This document shows, piece by piece, positions 1 through 11,541 of a DNA stretch of 39,168 nucleotides. The stretch is from assembly GCA_052055015.1 (NCBI GenBank), contig JBQJIT010000057.1. One strand, written 5' to 3'. Below the pieces are notes generated by a model. That model worked only from the letters and a program-made list of their open reading frames with translations. It did no database searches and was not told the DNA's origin. Made by a program: the position numbers and the translations under genes. Every line of letters starts with the position of its first letter. The stretch's first letter is position 1. This stretch comes from Malassezia furfur. Its lineage: Eukaryota.

Positions 1-658
1 TAGGGGGGGATGTAGGAAGTCTCGGTCGGCGTGCGGGCGCCGTCGGCGGCGTCGTCAGCATTGGTGCCTGTAGTGCTGGTGGCCGCGTCCTCGTCCACCG
101 GGGGCACATCGCCCCATACCCACGCATCTTCCTCCGCCTCTTCTTTTGCGCGGCACACTTCGAGACGCGCCTGCATGGCATCCGAGAGCGGCGCATAGTA
201 CACACACGCCGGCGCCGGCTTTTCGGGGGGGACGAGCAGGTCTAGGTCAGTTGGGTGTACGTACATTCACGCAGTCGTGCGCGCTGCTGCTGCACGGCCT
301 CTGGAAACAGGTGCGTTGTGTCGCGCGTCCATACCTGTTCGTCATCGGCCCACTCGTGGAGCTCGGCGAGGGCGCCCACGCCCATCACGTCTTCGAGCGC
401 GTATGCCACGTCCCACACGTTGGCGCCTGTGCGGTTCGCGTCCGCGGCACTCGCCGCGGCGGTGCGTGCCAGCAGGGAGACGTAACGCTGCACCAGCTCG
501 GCGAGCACGGCGACGGCGTTCGCGCTGCCGCCGTGGAAGCCCGCGGCGGAAAGCAGCATTGGCACGATGGTCATGAGCTGCGCATACGCAAAGTCGCGCG
601 CGGGACGCACGCCCGGCGCAACGCGGCGCAGCGCGGTGCCCGAAGCGTCTTTGCCCAT
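1..658 (-). CDS. TAF8: TFIID subunit TAF8-like protein (bromodomain-associated histone fold), 3' end outside the window; exons 658-265 and 241-1
   Basis: Histone-fold-like segment (LLSAAGFHGGSANAVAVLAELVQRYVSLLARTAAASAADANRT...DVAYAL). Removing the GT-AG intron 242-264 restores a frame that runs off the window as ...TSYIPP(Y), resembling the TAF8 YIP.(H/Y)LPP motif. ATG at 658. Confidence 0.7.
242..264 (-). other. 23-nt spliceosomal intron in the TAF8-like gene
   Basis: GTACGT donor, CTGAC branch point, TAG acceptor; removal restores the frame. An alternative in-frame donor GTGAAT would give 29 nt. Confidence 0.65.
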
Positions 659-718
659 CGCGGCGGTCGCCAACCCCCGTCGCGCCCGGCGTCTGCATGT
701 ACATAATTCCTCTACATC

Positions 719-3442
719 CTAGGTACGCGAGCGGGCGCTGAGCACTTCGAGCGCGCCGTTGGAGCGCAGCACGGCCATGTTCTGCATGCTGTACTTGCCC
801 TTGCGCCCGTGGTCGCCGAGGTTCTTGCCGCTCATGACAACTTCGAGCATGCGGCGCGCCTCGTCGAAGCGGCCCGCCGACAAGTACAGTCGGCCAAGCT
901 CGTAGTGCGCAAAGTAGGCGAGGTAATGGTCGTACTCCAGCTCCGCGCCGCGCGACGCGACGTACTGCAAGCTAGCCTCGGCCTCGCGCTCGAGCTGCTT
1001 CTTGGGCAGGCGCTTGGTGCCGTCGTCGTGCACGTGCGGCTCGGGGTACGCCATGTTGCGCAGGATGACGCCGCGCAAAAAGTGCGCCAAACACACGTCG
1101 TCGCTGTGCTCCGACACCCCCTCGTTCTCCTCAAGCGCTTTTTCGGCAAGTGGCAGAAGCACCTGCGAGAGCGAGCGGTACGAGGCCGTCGTATAGCAGT
1201 GGCACACGTACGCAAACTCCATGCACGGCAGCGTCAGGTAGCCCTGGTCGATCATCTTGCGGGCCTTGCGTGCAACAAACTTTTCCAGCGGGATACTCTT
1301 GCCGGCAATCTTTTGCGTGAGCGAGGGGACGTGGGCAAACATCTCCGAGGCGCGCTCGCGCGATGCCGCATCGCCGCGCTGGTACAGCGCCGCAGCGCCT
1401 GCATACGTATACACCGCCTTGGACCAGTTGTTTTCCTCGGCGAGAAGGGCAAAGTCGCGCGCCGTCTCCTTCCAGGCGCCGAGCGACATGGAACAGAGCG
1501 CCATGTCCCAGAAGCAAATGTGCTTGAGCTGCACATACTCTTCCTGGACGTCGCGCGCCTCCTCGAAACACTCGATCGCATCGCGCGACAGGCCCTGCGT
1601 GGAATAGAGTCGCCCGTGGAAGTAGAGGAAAAAGACGCCATGGGGGTAACGCGCCAGGTGGTAGTTGAGCACCTTCTCCGCAAAAGGGATGTCGACACCG
1701 GGCACGGGGATGAACGTCGAGATCACGAGGTGGTACATCAGCATCGCCATGTCGCAAATGACGCGGCGTACGCCCTCCGTCTCGACCGTCTCGCCCGGGT
1801 CCAGCACCTTGGCATCGGTCGACCACCGTCCCGCCCGCGTAAGCAGCTCCAGGCCCTTGTGCACATCGCCGCCGTACCCAAACACTTCCATAATCTTGAG
1901 CACCTTGCTCGGCAGCAGGCCCAGAATCAGGCTGATGCACCCCGTGCCAAGGTACACACCGCTGCGGAAGTCGTTGTCCGAGTGCGTCGCGCCCGACGTC
2001 CCCGCGCCGTGCTGCTCCTCCCACTCGACGTATTTAAGCAGACTGTAGTACAGGCCGTACGCCGAGCGCAGGTGGAGCGCCTCACTGAGCACTGCCAGCA
2101 GGTCGCCCGAGTGCAAAATGCTCAACACCGCCTTGAGCAGCATACATTCGGCGGTGACGAGTTCGGCATGCTGCTGCAGCGGCGTCATCGTTGCGACCCA
2201 TGTCACCGACGGGCCGGCGCCGCGGACAAAGCGGCCAAACGACGAGATCATCGACGACTTCTTGCGCAGCACCGAGGCAATGTGCAGTGCATCCTTGCAG
2301 TGGGAAATGGCCGTCGCCAGGTCATCCTGCTCAAACGTCATCATCGCCTTGATGGTAGAGAGCAACGCAAAGGCCACGGCGTGGTATAGTCGGTTCTCGG
2401 ACTTGTCCGTGACCAGCAGATAGGCCTCGTTCATGCGGCTGTTCATAAAGAGGTGCATCGCTCGGCGTGCCGTGTTCAGGTCCTCGTACAGCTCTTCGGT
2501 GCTCGTCTGCACGTCGGCCGTCTTGAGTTTTCCGACACGCTCCGCACGCCCTTTGGCCTGCTCATGGTGCAGCTGCGTGACCGATTCAACCTGTTTCTCC
2601 TTCGATGGGGGGCCGACCACCGCCTTGGACGTCGACATCTTGGCGCGCTCCTTCACACTTGGCCGCGACACCGTCTTTCCCTCTTCGGATGCTTGCTCGC
2701 ATGTCGGCTTGGAGTCAGACGTGCCGCGCTCGCGGCGGCGCTCGGCGGGCGCGTCGCGATGGCTGCTACGCTCCACTGGCGCCGGCGCCGCGGCACGCGA
2801 CTTGCTCGACGCACGGTTCAGCTCGCGTCGCGGCTCGCGCGTCGCGGCGCTCGTGGTGGCGCTTGCATCATAAAACACGTCATCTTCGTCATCGTCCTCG
2901 TCCTCGTCGTCTTCCACCACGGGCGCTGCGGCCACCGAGCGCTTGCTGGACGGCTTCGCGGTGCCGTTCACGCTTGGACGCTGCTGTGCCTCGGAGGGGC
3001 TTGTGCGGCGCGGCGCCTCTGTCGCGCTCGGACGCCGCGTCGACTCGGACGTACTGGGGCGGCGTGTCGATTCAGCGGCGCTCGGGCGGCGCGCACGACC
3101 GGCCGGTACGGCCTCATTGCGGCGCACGCCGTCCGCGCCGATCCCATTTATATCACCATTTGCCTGGCTGCGCTGCACGCCATTGGTCTCGCGCCCACTC
3201 TCGCTGCGTCGCCGCGTGGATGTACCGCGTTGCATTGCAGCCGCCGCGGGCGGCGAGGCCGACAGGTTCGACGAGCGACTCGACGTCGAGGCACGGCGGG
3301 TCGTGCGTGATGCCGGGCGCTCTGCATCTGTCTCTTGCAGCACAGCATCTGTCAGGCTCACCGGTATATCGCGTGTGCGGACGCGCGTCTCACCACTTCG
3401 CGCGGCGGAGAGCAACGTGCCCTTGCCCTGCGTACTTTTCAT
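719..3442 (-). CDS. IML2: IML2/TTC39 family TPR protein with a long disordered N-terminus
   Basis: 907-aa ORF; C-terminal two-thirds has IML2/TTC39 hallmarks (AMMTFE, SGVYLGTG..SL.L.LLP, LKIMEVFGYGGD, NNWSKAVYTY, KIAGKSIPLEKF..RK, AHYELG). Confidence 0.85.
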   Translation of the reverse strand: MKSTQGKGTLLSAARSGETRVRTRDIPVSLTDAVLQETDAERPASRTTRRASTSSRSSNLSASPPAAAAMQRGTSTRRRSESGRETNGVQRSQANGDINGIGADGVRRNEAVPAGRARRPSAAESTRRPSTSESTRRPSATEAPRRTSPSEAQQRPSVNGTAKPSSKRSVAAAPVVEDDEDEDDDEDDVFYDASATTSAATREPRRELNRASSKSRAAAPAPVERSSHRDAPAERRRERGTSDSKPTCEQASEEGKTVSRPSVKERAKMSTSKAVVGPPSKEKQVESVTQLHHEQAKGRAERVGKLKTADVQTSTEELYEDLNTARRAMHLFMNSRMNEAYLLVTDKSENRLYHAVAFALLSTIKAMMTFEQDDLATAISHCKDALHIASVLRKKSSMISSFGRFVRGAGPSVTWVATMTPLQQHAELVTAECMLLKAVLSILHSGDLLAVLSEALHLRSAYGLYYSLLKYVEWEEQHGAGTSGATHSDNDFRSGVYLGTGCISLILGLLPSKVLKIMEVFGYGGDVHKGLELLTRAGRWSTDAKVLDPGETVETEGVRRVICDMAMLMYHLVISTFIPVPGVDIPFAEKVLNYHLARYPHGVFFLYFHGRLYSTQGLSRDAIECFEEARDVQEEYVQLKHICFWDMALCSMSLGAWKETARDFALLAEENNWSKAVYTYAGAAALYQRGDAASRERASEMFAHVPSLTQKIAGKSIPLEKFVARKARKMIDQGYLTLPCMEFAYVCHCYTTASYRSLSQVLLPLAEKALEENEGVSEHSDDVCLAHFLRGVILRNMAYPEPHVHDDGTKRLPKKQLEREAEASLQYVASRGAELEYDHYLAYFAHYELGRLYLSAGRFDEARRMLEVVMSGKNLGDHGRKGKYSMQNMAVLRSNGALEVLSARSRT

Positions 3443-3718
3443 GTCCTATCGTGAGCGATGAAACGTACCCTCTCCCACTTTGGCTCGTAAAGGGCGGGAG
3501 CAACAGCCACTCGCTCAACCATCGTAGGTCGGTGACAAGCCCAACGATGCGCGCCAGCGTGAATCACGTTCAGGGACCCAGACAACCAGCTTGCTTCGAT
3601 TGGATCGGCTGCGCCCCACAAATTCCACGCGCAAGTGGGGCTGGGGCGACCACCGACAGAGGGGTGATTAGTCAGAGTGCATCACCTTACACGGCGCCGC
3701 CGCGGCACTACGTCGCTT

Positions 3719-4657
3719 CTATCGGCGATAGGATGCATCTACCTTGTCCATCAGGCGCATGTACGCAGAAAATTCCATCGTGCCCAGCGCACGCCCCGTG
3801 AACGTCTGCGCGGTCTCAAATGCACGGTGCGCTGCCGCAGGGTCAGGCATGTATAGACCTCCGCCAGCCTGCGCACTTGCCTGCGCGGTCGCCTGCAGTT
3901 CCGCAGAGCGCACTAGCATATACATGCGGTACCACGCACCGCCAATCGTAGCACCCGCTGTAATCACACCATGGTTCCGCAGAAGCAGCACATTGCGGTC
4001 GCCCAGGTTGCGCACAATCGTCTCTTGCTCCTTCTCGTCCACCACAATTCCCTCAAAATCGTGGTAGCCAGGGGGTCCAACGATCGACGAGGTCTGCGAT
4101 AGCGACGGTAGGTAGCCCTCTTTTGTGCTCGCGAGCCCAGTCACAACAGGGTGGTGGCAATGCAGCACGGCCTTGGCCGATTCGTGCCCGCTATTGTGGA
4201 TCGCCGAGTGGATCACAAACCCGGCACGGTTGACCTTGAAAATGTCTCCCACCACTCCCGGGTGCCGCAGCTTACCATGCGAGTCAATCTTCAGCAAGGA
4301 GCTCGCCGTGATCTCGTCATAACGCAGGCCATATGGATTAATGAGGAACGACTTAGAGCCATCGGGCTCCTTAACGCTCACGGTCAAATGGTTGATCACG
4401 TCGTCGTTCCATCCAAAGTAATTAAACAGGCGGTAACAGGCAGCCAGCTCAATACGCGCTTTTTGCTCTTCCACTGGGAACTCGCCCAAGATGGAGTGGG
4501 ACAATCGTTCTTGAATCCGGCTGCTATTTAGCTCATCCACAGCTGTGTATGTGCTTGGAGAAAACGAATCGCTTTGATGATGCAGAGCCGTTGTGTGAAG
4601 GCTGCGGATGGCGACAGCCATACCACGGGATGCGAAAGGGCGAGCGGGTACGAGCAT
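3719..4657 (-). CDS. Class II aldolase/adducin-head family protein, copy A, probable mitochondrial presequence
   Basis: RIELAACYRL, NHLTV, FLINPYGL.YDEITASSLLKID, AGFVIHSAIH, HCH, LLRNHG; Arg/Ser/Ala-rich N-terminus without acidic residues. Confidence 0.85.
   Translation of the reverse strand: MLVPARPFASRGMAVAIRSLHTTALHHQSDSFSPSTYTAVDELNSSRIQERLSHSILGEFPVEEQKARIELAACYRLFNYFGWNDDVINHLTVSVKEPDGSKSFLINPYGLRYDEITASSLLKIDSHGKLRHPGVVGDIFKVNRAGFVIHSAIHNSGHESAKAVLHCHHPVVTGLASTKEGYLPSLSQTSSIVGPPGYHDFEGIVVDEKEQETIVRNLGDRNVLLLRNHGVITAGATIGGAWYRMYMLVRSAELQATAQASAQAGGGLYMPDPAAAHRAFETAQTFTGRALGTMEFSAYMRLMDKVDASYRR
4194..4525. repeat. 332-bp near-identical direct repeat, partner at 5407-5738
   Basis: Manual alignment gives about 7 mismatches in 332 nt between the two aldolase genes. 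Confidence 0.9.
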
Positions 4658-4931
4658 CGTGATCGATAGTCAGGAACTAGCACATTGGAACAGCTCACTC
4701 CGTTAAAACAATAAACAATTGGCTGTTAGCAACGGTCCTGGTGCTTAGAGTACGGCTGCGTGGGGTGCACAGGCCAAAACTTGCAATGCAGCGCCTTGCG
4801 TACCCCACACGCCGAGAGTGCCCTGGACACGCCCTCATTGGTCCTCCATACGCGCACGCGCGGGGCTGGGGACGCACTTATGAGGGATTAGTCATCGTCG
4901 TACGACGTGCTACAGAACTAGGAACCGTAGG

Positions 4932-5870
4932 TTACAGCCGGTAAGAGGCATCAACCTTGTCCATCAAACGCATGTACGCGGAGTACTCCATCGTACCAAA
5001 TTCATGGCCGCTGAACGTCTTTGCTGTCTCAAAAGTGCGTTGCACGGCCTCAGGAGTAGACAAGTGCAGCCCACCACCAAATTGCGCAGAGGCCTGCGCC
5101 GTAGCTTGCAGCTTCGAGGAACAGATAAGCATGTACATACGGTACCATGCCCCACCGATCGTTTCGCCCGTCGTAATCACACCATGGTTCCGTAGAAGCA
5201 AAACGTTGCTGTCGCCAAGGTCACGCACTAGCGATGCCTGTTCTTTCTCATCCACCACAATGCCATCAAAGTTGTGATAGCCCGGCTGGCCTACCGTCGC
5301 CGCTGTCTGAGACATTGTCGTCAAGTAGCCATCTTGTGTGCATGCAAGCCCTGATGCGACAGGGTGATGGCAGTGCAGCACAGCGTTCGTTGATTCGCGA
5401 CCACTGTTGTGGATCGCCGAGTGGATCACAAACCCGGCACGGTTGACCTTGAAAATGTCTCCCACCACTCCCGGGTGCCGCAGCTTACCATGCGAGTCAA
5501 TCTTCAGCAAGGAGCTCGCCGTGATCTCGTCATAACGCAGGCCAAATGGATTGATGAGGAACGACTTAGAGCCATCGGGCTCCTTAACGCTCACGGTCAA
5601 ATGGTTGATCACATCTTCGTTCCATCCAAAGTAGCCAAACAGGCGGTAACAGGCAGCCAGCTCAATACGCGCTTTTTGCTCTTCCACTGGGAACTCGCCC
5701 AAGATGGAGTGGGACAATCGTTCTTGAATCCGGCTGCTGCTCATCTCTTCCACGGCCGTGTACGTGCTCGGCGAGAACAAATTAGTTTGCTGCCGCAGGG
5801 CCGTCGTGCTAAGGTTGCGGACAGCACCTGCCATGCCGCGGGAAGCGAGAGGGCGCGCAAGTGAAAGCAT
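4932..5870 (-). CDS. Class II aldolase/adducin-head family protein, copy B (tandem paralog)
   Basis: Same length (312 aa) and motifs as copy A, offset by 1213 nt. Confidence 0.85.
   Translation of the reverse strand: MLSLARPLASRGMAGAVRNLSTTALRQQTNLFSPSTYTAVEEMSSSRIQERLSHSILGEFPVEEQKARIELAACYRLFGYFGWNEDVINHLTVSVKEPDGSKSFLINPFGLRYDEITASSLLKIDSHGKLRHPGVVGDIFKVNRAGFVIHSAIHNSGRESTNAVLHCHHPVASGLACTQDGYLTTMSQTAATVGQPGYHNFDGIVVDEKEQASLVRDLGDSNVLLLRNHGVITTGETIGGAWYRMYMLICSSKLQATAQASAQFGGGLHLSTPEAVQRTFETAKTFSGHEFGTMEYSAYMRLMDKVDASYRL
5407..5738. repeat. 332-bp near-identical direct repeat, partner at 4194-4525
   Basis: Manual alignment as for 4194-4525. Confidence 0.9.
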
Positions 5871-6942
5871 AGTGAAGAGGAAAGGAATTCAGTGTGGGTT
5901 CAATGCACGCCTCGTTGGGGCTTATAAGCATTTGACAGATGTGATAACGGCCTTGATACTCTTCATGCGGCTGTGAATGGCAAGGGTTGTTCGGGCAAAA
6001 AGCCGCATTGCTCGCGGGCTAAATTGACGCATCAAATTACCTCGTCAACCCTACTTGCGCCCTGGATGGCCCTGAGCATGCTCATTGGTCCTTCATGTGA
6101 CTTAGGTAAGCGAGAAACGGAGTTCAGCGGCCCCACGCGGACCATAGCGGACCAGCTCAGGAACACAAGGTACACCCGGACGTAATCGCATATACGGACA
6201 GAAACGGCTCACTCGTTTCGCGAAGTTGCATATTATGACTGAGTGAAAAGTAGCGATGAAAATTTCAGCCGAACATGCATGATGTGACAGAATAGACTAG
6301 TCAGAATGGTGGAACGATATTCACACCACTGTGCAAGCAATCCGCGTGACGCCGCCTATTACTTGCCCACCACCAATGTAGCTTGGCTCTGTCGCTACAT
6401 TTTTGACTTATACTTGCATTTTGAGGGGACATGCACACATAAGAGCAGTTGGATAATGGGAATAGTTGCACTGGTCTTTGGTATCTCTGATGGGATTGCA
6501 CGGCATCACTAAAAATGAAACCCGGTTTATGCCAGCAACGAGTGTGGTAGCTACTGGTATAAGGACGTAAAGAACTTTTATGTCAAAAGATTGATTCCGT
6601 AAAGTTTGCCTTGCAATCCTAGAGAGGAAAAATGGCGTTATCGGTAAGAAACTCTAGGATGCACCAATCTCCAATTCTCGTGCTATTAAGCGGGTCAGAT
6701 CATCTTGTCTTACAAAATAGTACCATAGACCAATTGATTTAATGATATAAACCGCGAACTAAAGTACAAATTTGCATGCAGCCATCTACAGATATTGTAT
6801 CATATCTTGAGTGTTAAACCCACCACATGCCATTTCTTGCTAGACATAAAATAAGCAGAAGATCTCAAAATAAACTTGGCTAAAATTGAAGTGGTCGCTA
6901 AGCTGATTGCTTTGAGCAGCCTAGTCAAAACCCATGTGGCTG

Positions 6943-9378
6943 TTAGACGATGCTTTCAGTATCATTGAAAGGATGTAGCGGATCATAAGGGAATTTGCGA
7001 ATGGCAACATCTCCCGCATATTGATGGAGATCCCCATACGCGCTGGAAAGATTAAAAAGACCCCGCGGGTGCGGCAGTGAACCGAATGTGTGTATTTTAG
7101 CGTCATCCTGTTTCTTTCCGTACTGGATACGAGTCATTTGTTTCGTCTGGCGAGATGGATCATCTTTTAGGTAATTGTGCGGCAAGAGAACAAAGCTCGA
7201 TTGTGCGGTAGTCTGCACCGTGTTGGGAAGATCACCAGTATGTGGAATATGCGTCATTCCTAGATTTAACCACAACACAAGGTCTTCTTGATCGAGGGAA
7301 TCGCCATCGAGGAATTGACCGAAATCAACAATTGGGTTTCCTGGGTCCAAGTTGTTGTTTGCGTTGGAAGCGCGAGGCTCAGTGTCTTTCTGCTGCGTGA
7401 CATACATGTGATGTGTGGCAAAGTGCTGACTGTTGAGCAAATTGTCAGACTCCTGGATGGTGAGGTGGTGGAATCCCCCTACCCCAGGCATGATACGATA
7501 TCCTCTTGGCTCACCATTGTCATTTGTTTCATTCTTGTTGAGGACGAGATACTGAACCTGGCCATTGCCCTCGATGTTGATCTTGCCCTGGTCCTCAGAA
7601 TCAATCCAGGAGCGCTGCATTTTCATTGTGCTGCGCTGCTTGCCCTGTGTCCAAGGGTACGACTCATTCGACGCAAATGCGCCATGTTTTGCAAACGAGT
7701 TCTTCGTACCGAGCACGTCAACGTCAGCCTTGTATGTAAGTACATGGTCGTGCATGGAACCAGAGAGGCCACGGTGGATTCGGTATCCATATTCGTCATT
7801 CTGAGCGTAGAATGCACTTTGAATATAGCCACTAGCACTGACTTTTACCTCAATGGAGCCATCAAGATAAAAGTAGTACGTGAACGTATAGTCGTAATTG
7901 CCAACAGTCGAGACAGAACGAAGAACTAATGCCGTATTCCGGGTCACCGTAACGTACTTGGAAGATGAATGCCGCGATATCGGAAGCTGCATGTCCATTT
8001 CGAAAAGACAAATGGCATTTCGATGAGTGCGAGATTGCTCGTCGGCATGAAAAGTGGCGTTCATGTAATAGCTGTATGTGGGGCAGTCGTAACCGTCAAC
8101 CAGCTCGAATGCGTAAGCGCCAAACGAATAGAAAGTGTCAAGGTAGGAGGTTCCACTTTGCACTGGATCCGAACCGGCATAGTGCGCAATGGCTTCTTGC
8201 AGCCCCAGTTCATAGAGAATCGTCTTATTTTGAAATTTAACATCAAAAAGCCGAACGCCAGAGTCGCGGGTAAATGTAATGTAGAAGGAGAAATCCATCC
8301 ATTCCACATAACGGTTGCCTTGATCCACTGCAAAACGCTGGCCTTCCGGTGCAATACTAACCGGAGGTGCTTTCTCGTCCTGGGCCATGGCTTTGCCCCA
8401 TTGATCAGTACCATACCAGACATGTTCTCCACGCTCAATATATGGAGAGTTCAAGAGCTCAGGCTTTTTGATTTTGCCTTGCTCCCAAGCCGCACGGAAC
8501 GATTCCGTACTGTTCCAGAACTGTCCATTATAATACCATCCAGTAACGCTCCATCTGTTGATGTCTCGACCAGTAATGTCACACCTGAAAAACAGTCCTT
8601 GGGGAAGTAAGGTAGTTCCATCAAACTGGAATCCTTGTACATTTCCCCAGTATGAAACCCACAAGATAACTCGTCCTTCCTCTTGCCAAAGAGGGTCAAT
8701 CCCCCAAATGTCGCCTTGTGAGTGGTCATGAGTGGTGACGGTCATGTTAATCAGATCCTTCGTAATATCAGCGACGCCAGTGGATACATTCCTAAGAAAC
8801 TTAGTCTGTAGTTCCTCATCGGCGTTGTAGTTGCGAATCTTCATAGTACCTTTCGTAGACAGATAACTGAGGTCCAAAAGGTGTGTTTTGCTTGAAATCG
8901 GTAATGGTCCAACGCCAAAGTCCTCTACCCATGGCTCTTCCGTTGCGCCAAACATAATCGTGGCAACTGCGTAGCGATCGGGCTTGGGGCCATTACCAAA
9001 GAGATAAACGTATGCATCTGTCTGGTATGGTCAGCGACATTTCTTGAGGAGACTTACTTTATTGGGCGCAAGTAGGTCCACCACGCTGATTTTGTTATCC
9101 CAGGCCGTTGCGTTCTCAGCGCTCGTCAGGTTGAGGCCACTGTACTTATGTAGCCATTTAATCACAGAGGCTGCTTCGTCATTTGTAATTGAAGCCCAGA
9201 TGTTCTCTTTTGGAGCAAATGTCTTCGGCGCGGGATATCCGGAGTCTTTGAAGTCATTTTCATCAATATATCCGTCAGGATCTTCTTTCTGATAAACGTG
9301 CGGATGTGATAGTCGCGTAACTTTAGCTGATACATATGCCAAGATGGCCAAGGTGCCAAAGATGGGTTTAATCCTCAT
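6943..9378 (-). CDS. Secreted copper-containing (TPQ) amine oxidase; exons 9378-9058 and 9021-6943
   Basis: TVGNYDY (N-Y-D TPQ consensus), HDH and a distal His in THIPH as Cu ligands; signal peptide MRIKPIFGTLAILAYVSA; 36-nt intron 9022-9057 (GTAAGT..CTGAC..CAG) joins the two ORFs in frame. Confidence 0.92.
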
Positions 9379-10156
9379 CTTACACACGAAGTCTAATTTT
9401 CCTATCCTAAGTTTGTAATTTATATACGTAGCAAGTCTGGTACTTATCTTTACCCTATGTTTCAATCTTGGAGCTCGTTGATCGTTTCCACCTCATATCT
9501 TATCTTGAAGTCCAAGCCGACAAATGCCAAGCTTATTGACTAAGCAAAAAAAAAACCTTTCTAAGGAGCGTAAGTGCTCGAGCCATAACACTTTGAAGGG
9601 AAGGGTAAGCCTGGGGTCAAAAAAGTGCCCATTAGTAACTCGGTGACCCTTCCTAGAGGACATTAGAAGATTGAAAAGATCCAGCTGTTACACCGCCAGA
9701 GAATTCGCTATATCATTGAGACAGTTATTGCTCGGATTGTTTCATACTGTACTATAGTTCCGCAAGCACGTTCTCTTAGACTCAATACTCACTGCGGCGC
9801 TTGTACGGCCGTGTTCAGGCCGTAATATTTCTACCAGTTGTGTATAACGATCATTTTTGACATGATCTGCAACCATTTCTCTGGCATATACTTTAGATAA
9901 TTTCGGCTTTAAAACAGCTTTATCGCGCTCCAATAAGGCGTTTTCCGTCAAACATTTCAAAATTGCTTCCTCGTATGGCCAATGCATCCGCCCATATGCG
10001 GCTGTCGCTCTCCTCACGAATCGATATCAGGCAACAAGACATTTGGCGCATACACGATGTTTTTTTTTTTTTTTTTGACGCAAATATTTCCTCAGATAGG
10101 GTATGGTGTTAAGTGTCAGGTAAGGTTCATTTGTACGATTACTTGCAAGGGTAGAC

Positions 10157-11541
10157 CTATTTTACAGTCGTTGGCCTTGGCGAATCACGTTTCAATGCAA
10201 ATAAAGTTGCAGTCACAGCCAGCAAAAGCGCCAAAAAGAGATATTTCGACATTGTCGACGATGCAGATGGCGCTGTGGCATGCTCGCACGTACCCCGCTT
10301 GGTATTTTTAGCAGTCGGCTCCCAACGCGGCGGTCGTTCATACGGGTCGATTGCCTTCTTATCTAATGGGCGCAGCGCCATGATTGACATCATCTCGTAA
10401 AGAAGCTCTGCCGCTGCCAGTGCCGTCACCTCCCCGTTTGAGTCATACGGTGGGCTCACTTCCACAACTTCACAACCAACAAGGTTAAGCCCTTTGAGCA
10501 TGCGCACCACTGAACGCAGCTCACGCGACGTCAGACCACCACTCACCGGCGTACCGGTTCCTGGCGCAATCGAAGGGTCGAGGACATCAATGTCAATGCT
10601 AAGATACACGGGCGTGTCACCAACGCGCTCTTTGATTGCCTCCACAACGCCATCCGTGCCGAGCTTCTCCATCTCCCATGTTTCCAAGTAGGTAAATCCG
10701 AGGCTGTTGTCACGGTGATAATCGACATAGTCGGTACCACTAAGCAGCCCACGCAGACCCACGTGAATCGAGGAGTTGCGGATGAGTCCCTCGTTCGCGG
10801 CGTGGTAAAACATGGTGCCGTGCGTGTATCCCGAGATGTCGGAGCCCCACGACGCGGCACCATATGCAGCGGGTGCCCAGGTGTCGAGATGTGAATCAAA
10901 GTGGATCACGCTCACGGGGCCGTATACCTTGTTGAGTGAGCGAAGTACCGGAAGGGCAACCGAGTGGTCCCCACCCATCAGCGCGACACGCGGGTGCGAC
11001 TTTCCATCTTTGGCGACAAATGTAGGCTTGCCTTTGGAGGTCTTAGGTGGGAGCGCTTCAATGGAGCCCGGGCCGGTCGGTAGCGGGCGTGCGATTATGT
11101 CATCGTAGGCCTCCTCGATTTGGCGGAATGCCAGGTTGTTATCAAATGGTGTCACTGGCACGTCACCGCAGTCCATAAACTTGGTTTGCGACACGTATGG
11201 GTTGATGCCAAGGACAGGGTTGAATGAGCGGAACACGGTCTGTCGCGCACTGCCCTGGCGGATCGCGCGTGGGCCAAAGCGCGCACCAGGCCGATACGAC
11301 ACGGCAGTGTCTATCGGAACGCCAAGCACTGCGACGTCGTAGTATACATCTTCTTTCACCAGACTGCGCAAATGTGAGCATGGGACCACATTACATACCA
11401 CTTCTCGTGCGGGAGGTGCGCGAACGTCGAGATGCCAGAGAAATAAAAGTCAGGCACATCCCACTTGTTTACGGGCTCCGATGCCGATGTGAGTGCAGCG
11501 AAGACGCTGGCCACGAGCAGGGCGGACTTTGCGATGTACAT
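10157..11541 (-). CDS. Agmatinase/guanidinobutyrase-type ureohydrolase with signal peptide and C-terminal hydrophobic segment; exons 11541-11399 and 11363-10157
   Basis: SYRPGARFGP, GGDHS, DSHLD, HGT.F, SIDIDVLDP..APGTGTP, VEVSP; 35-nt intron 11364-11398 (GTATGT..CTCAC..CAG) gives ...LPHEKCLVKED. Confidence 0.9.

Noticed and set aside
146..3801. Many long antisense or alternate-frame ORFs (e.g. 809-2389, 2453-3310, 2605-3801)
   Set aside because: Shadows of GC-rich coding sequence on the opposite strand; no recognisable motifs.
6306..6600. Short ORF with a hydrophobic stretch (WIMGIVALVFGIS), possible transporter relic
   Set aside because: Too short and no diagnostic motif.
9742..10017. 91-aa ORF between the amine oxidase and agmatinase
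   Set aside because: GTG start, no family recognised; may be a gene remnant but I cannot support that without a search.
10059..10076. Poly-T tract (also poly-A/T near 9546, 15493 and 18204) as retro-element tails
   Set aside because: No target-site duplication or element body; ordinary intergenic or 3'UTR homopolymers.
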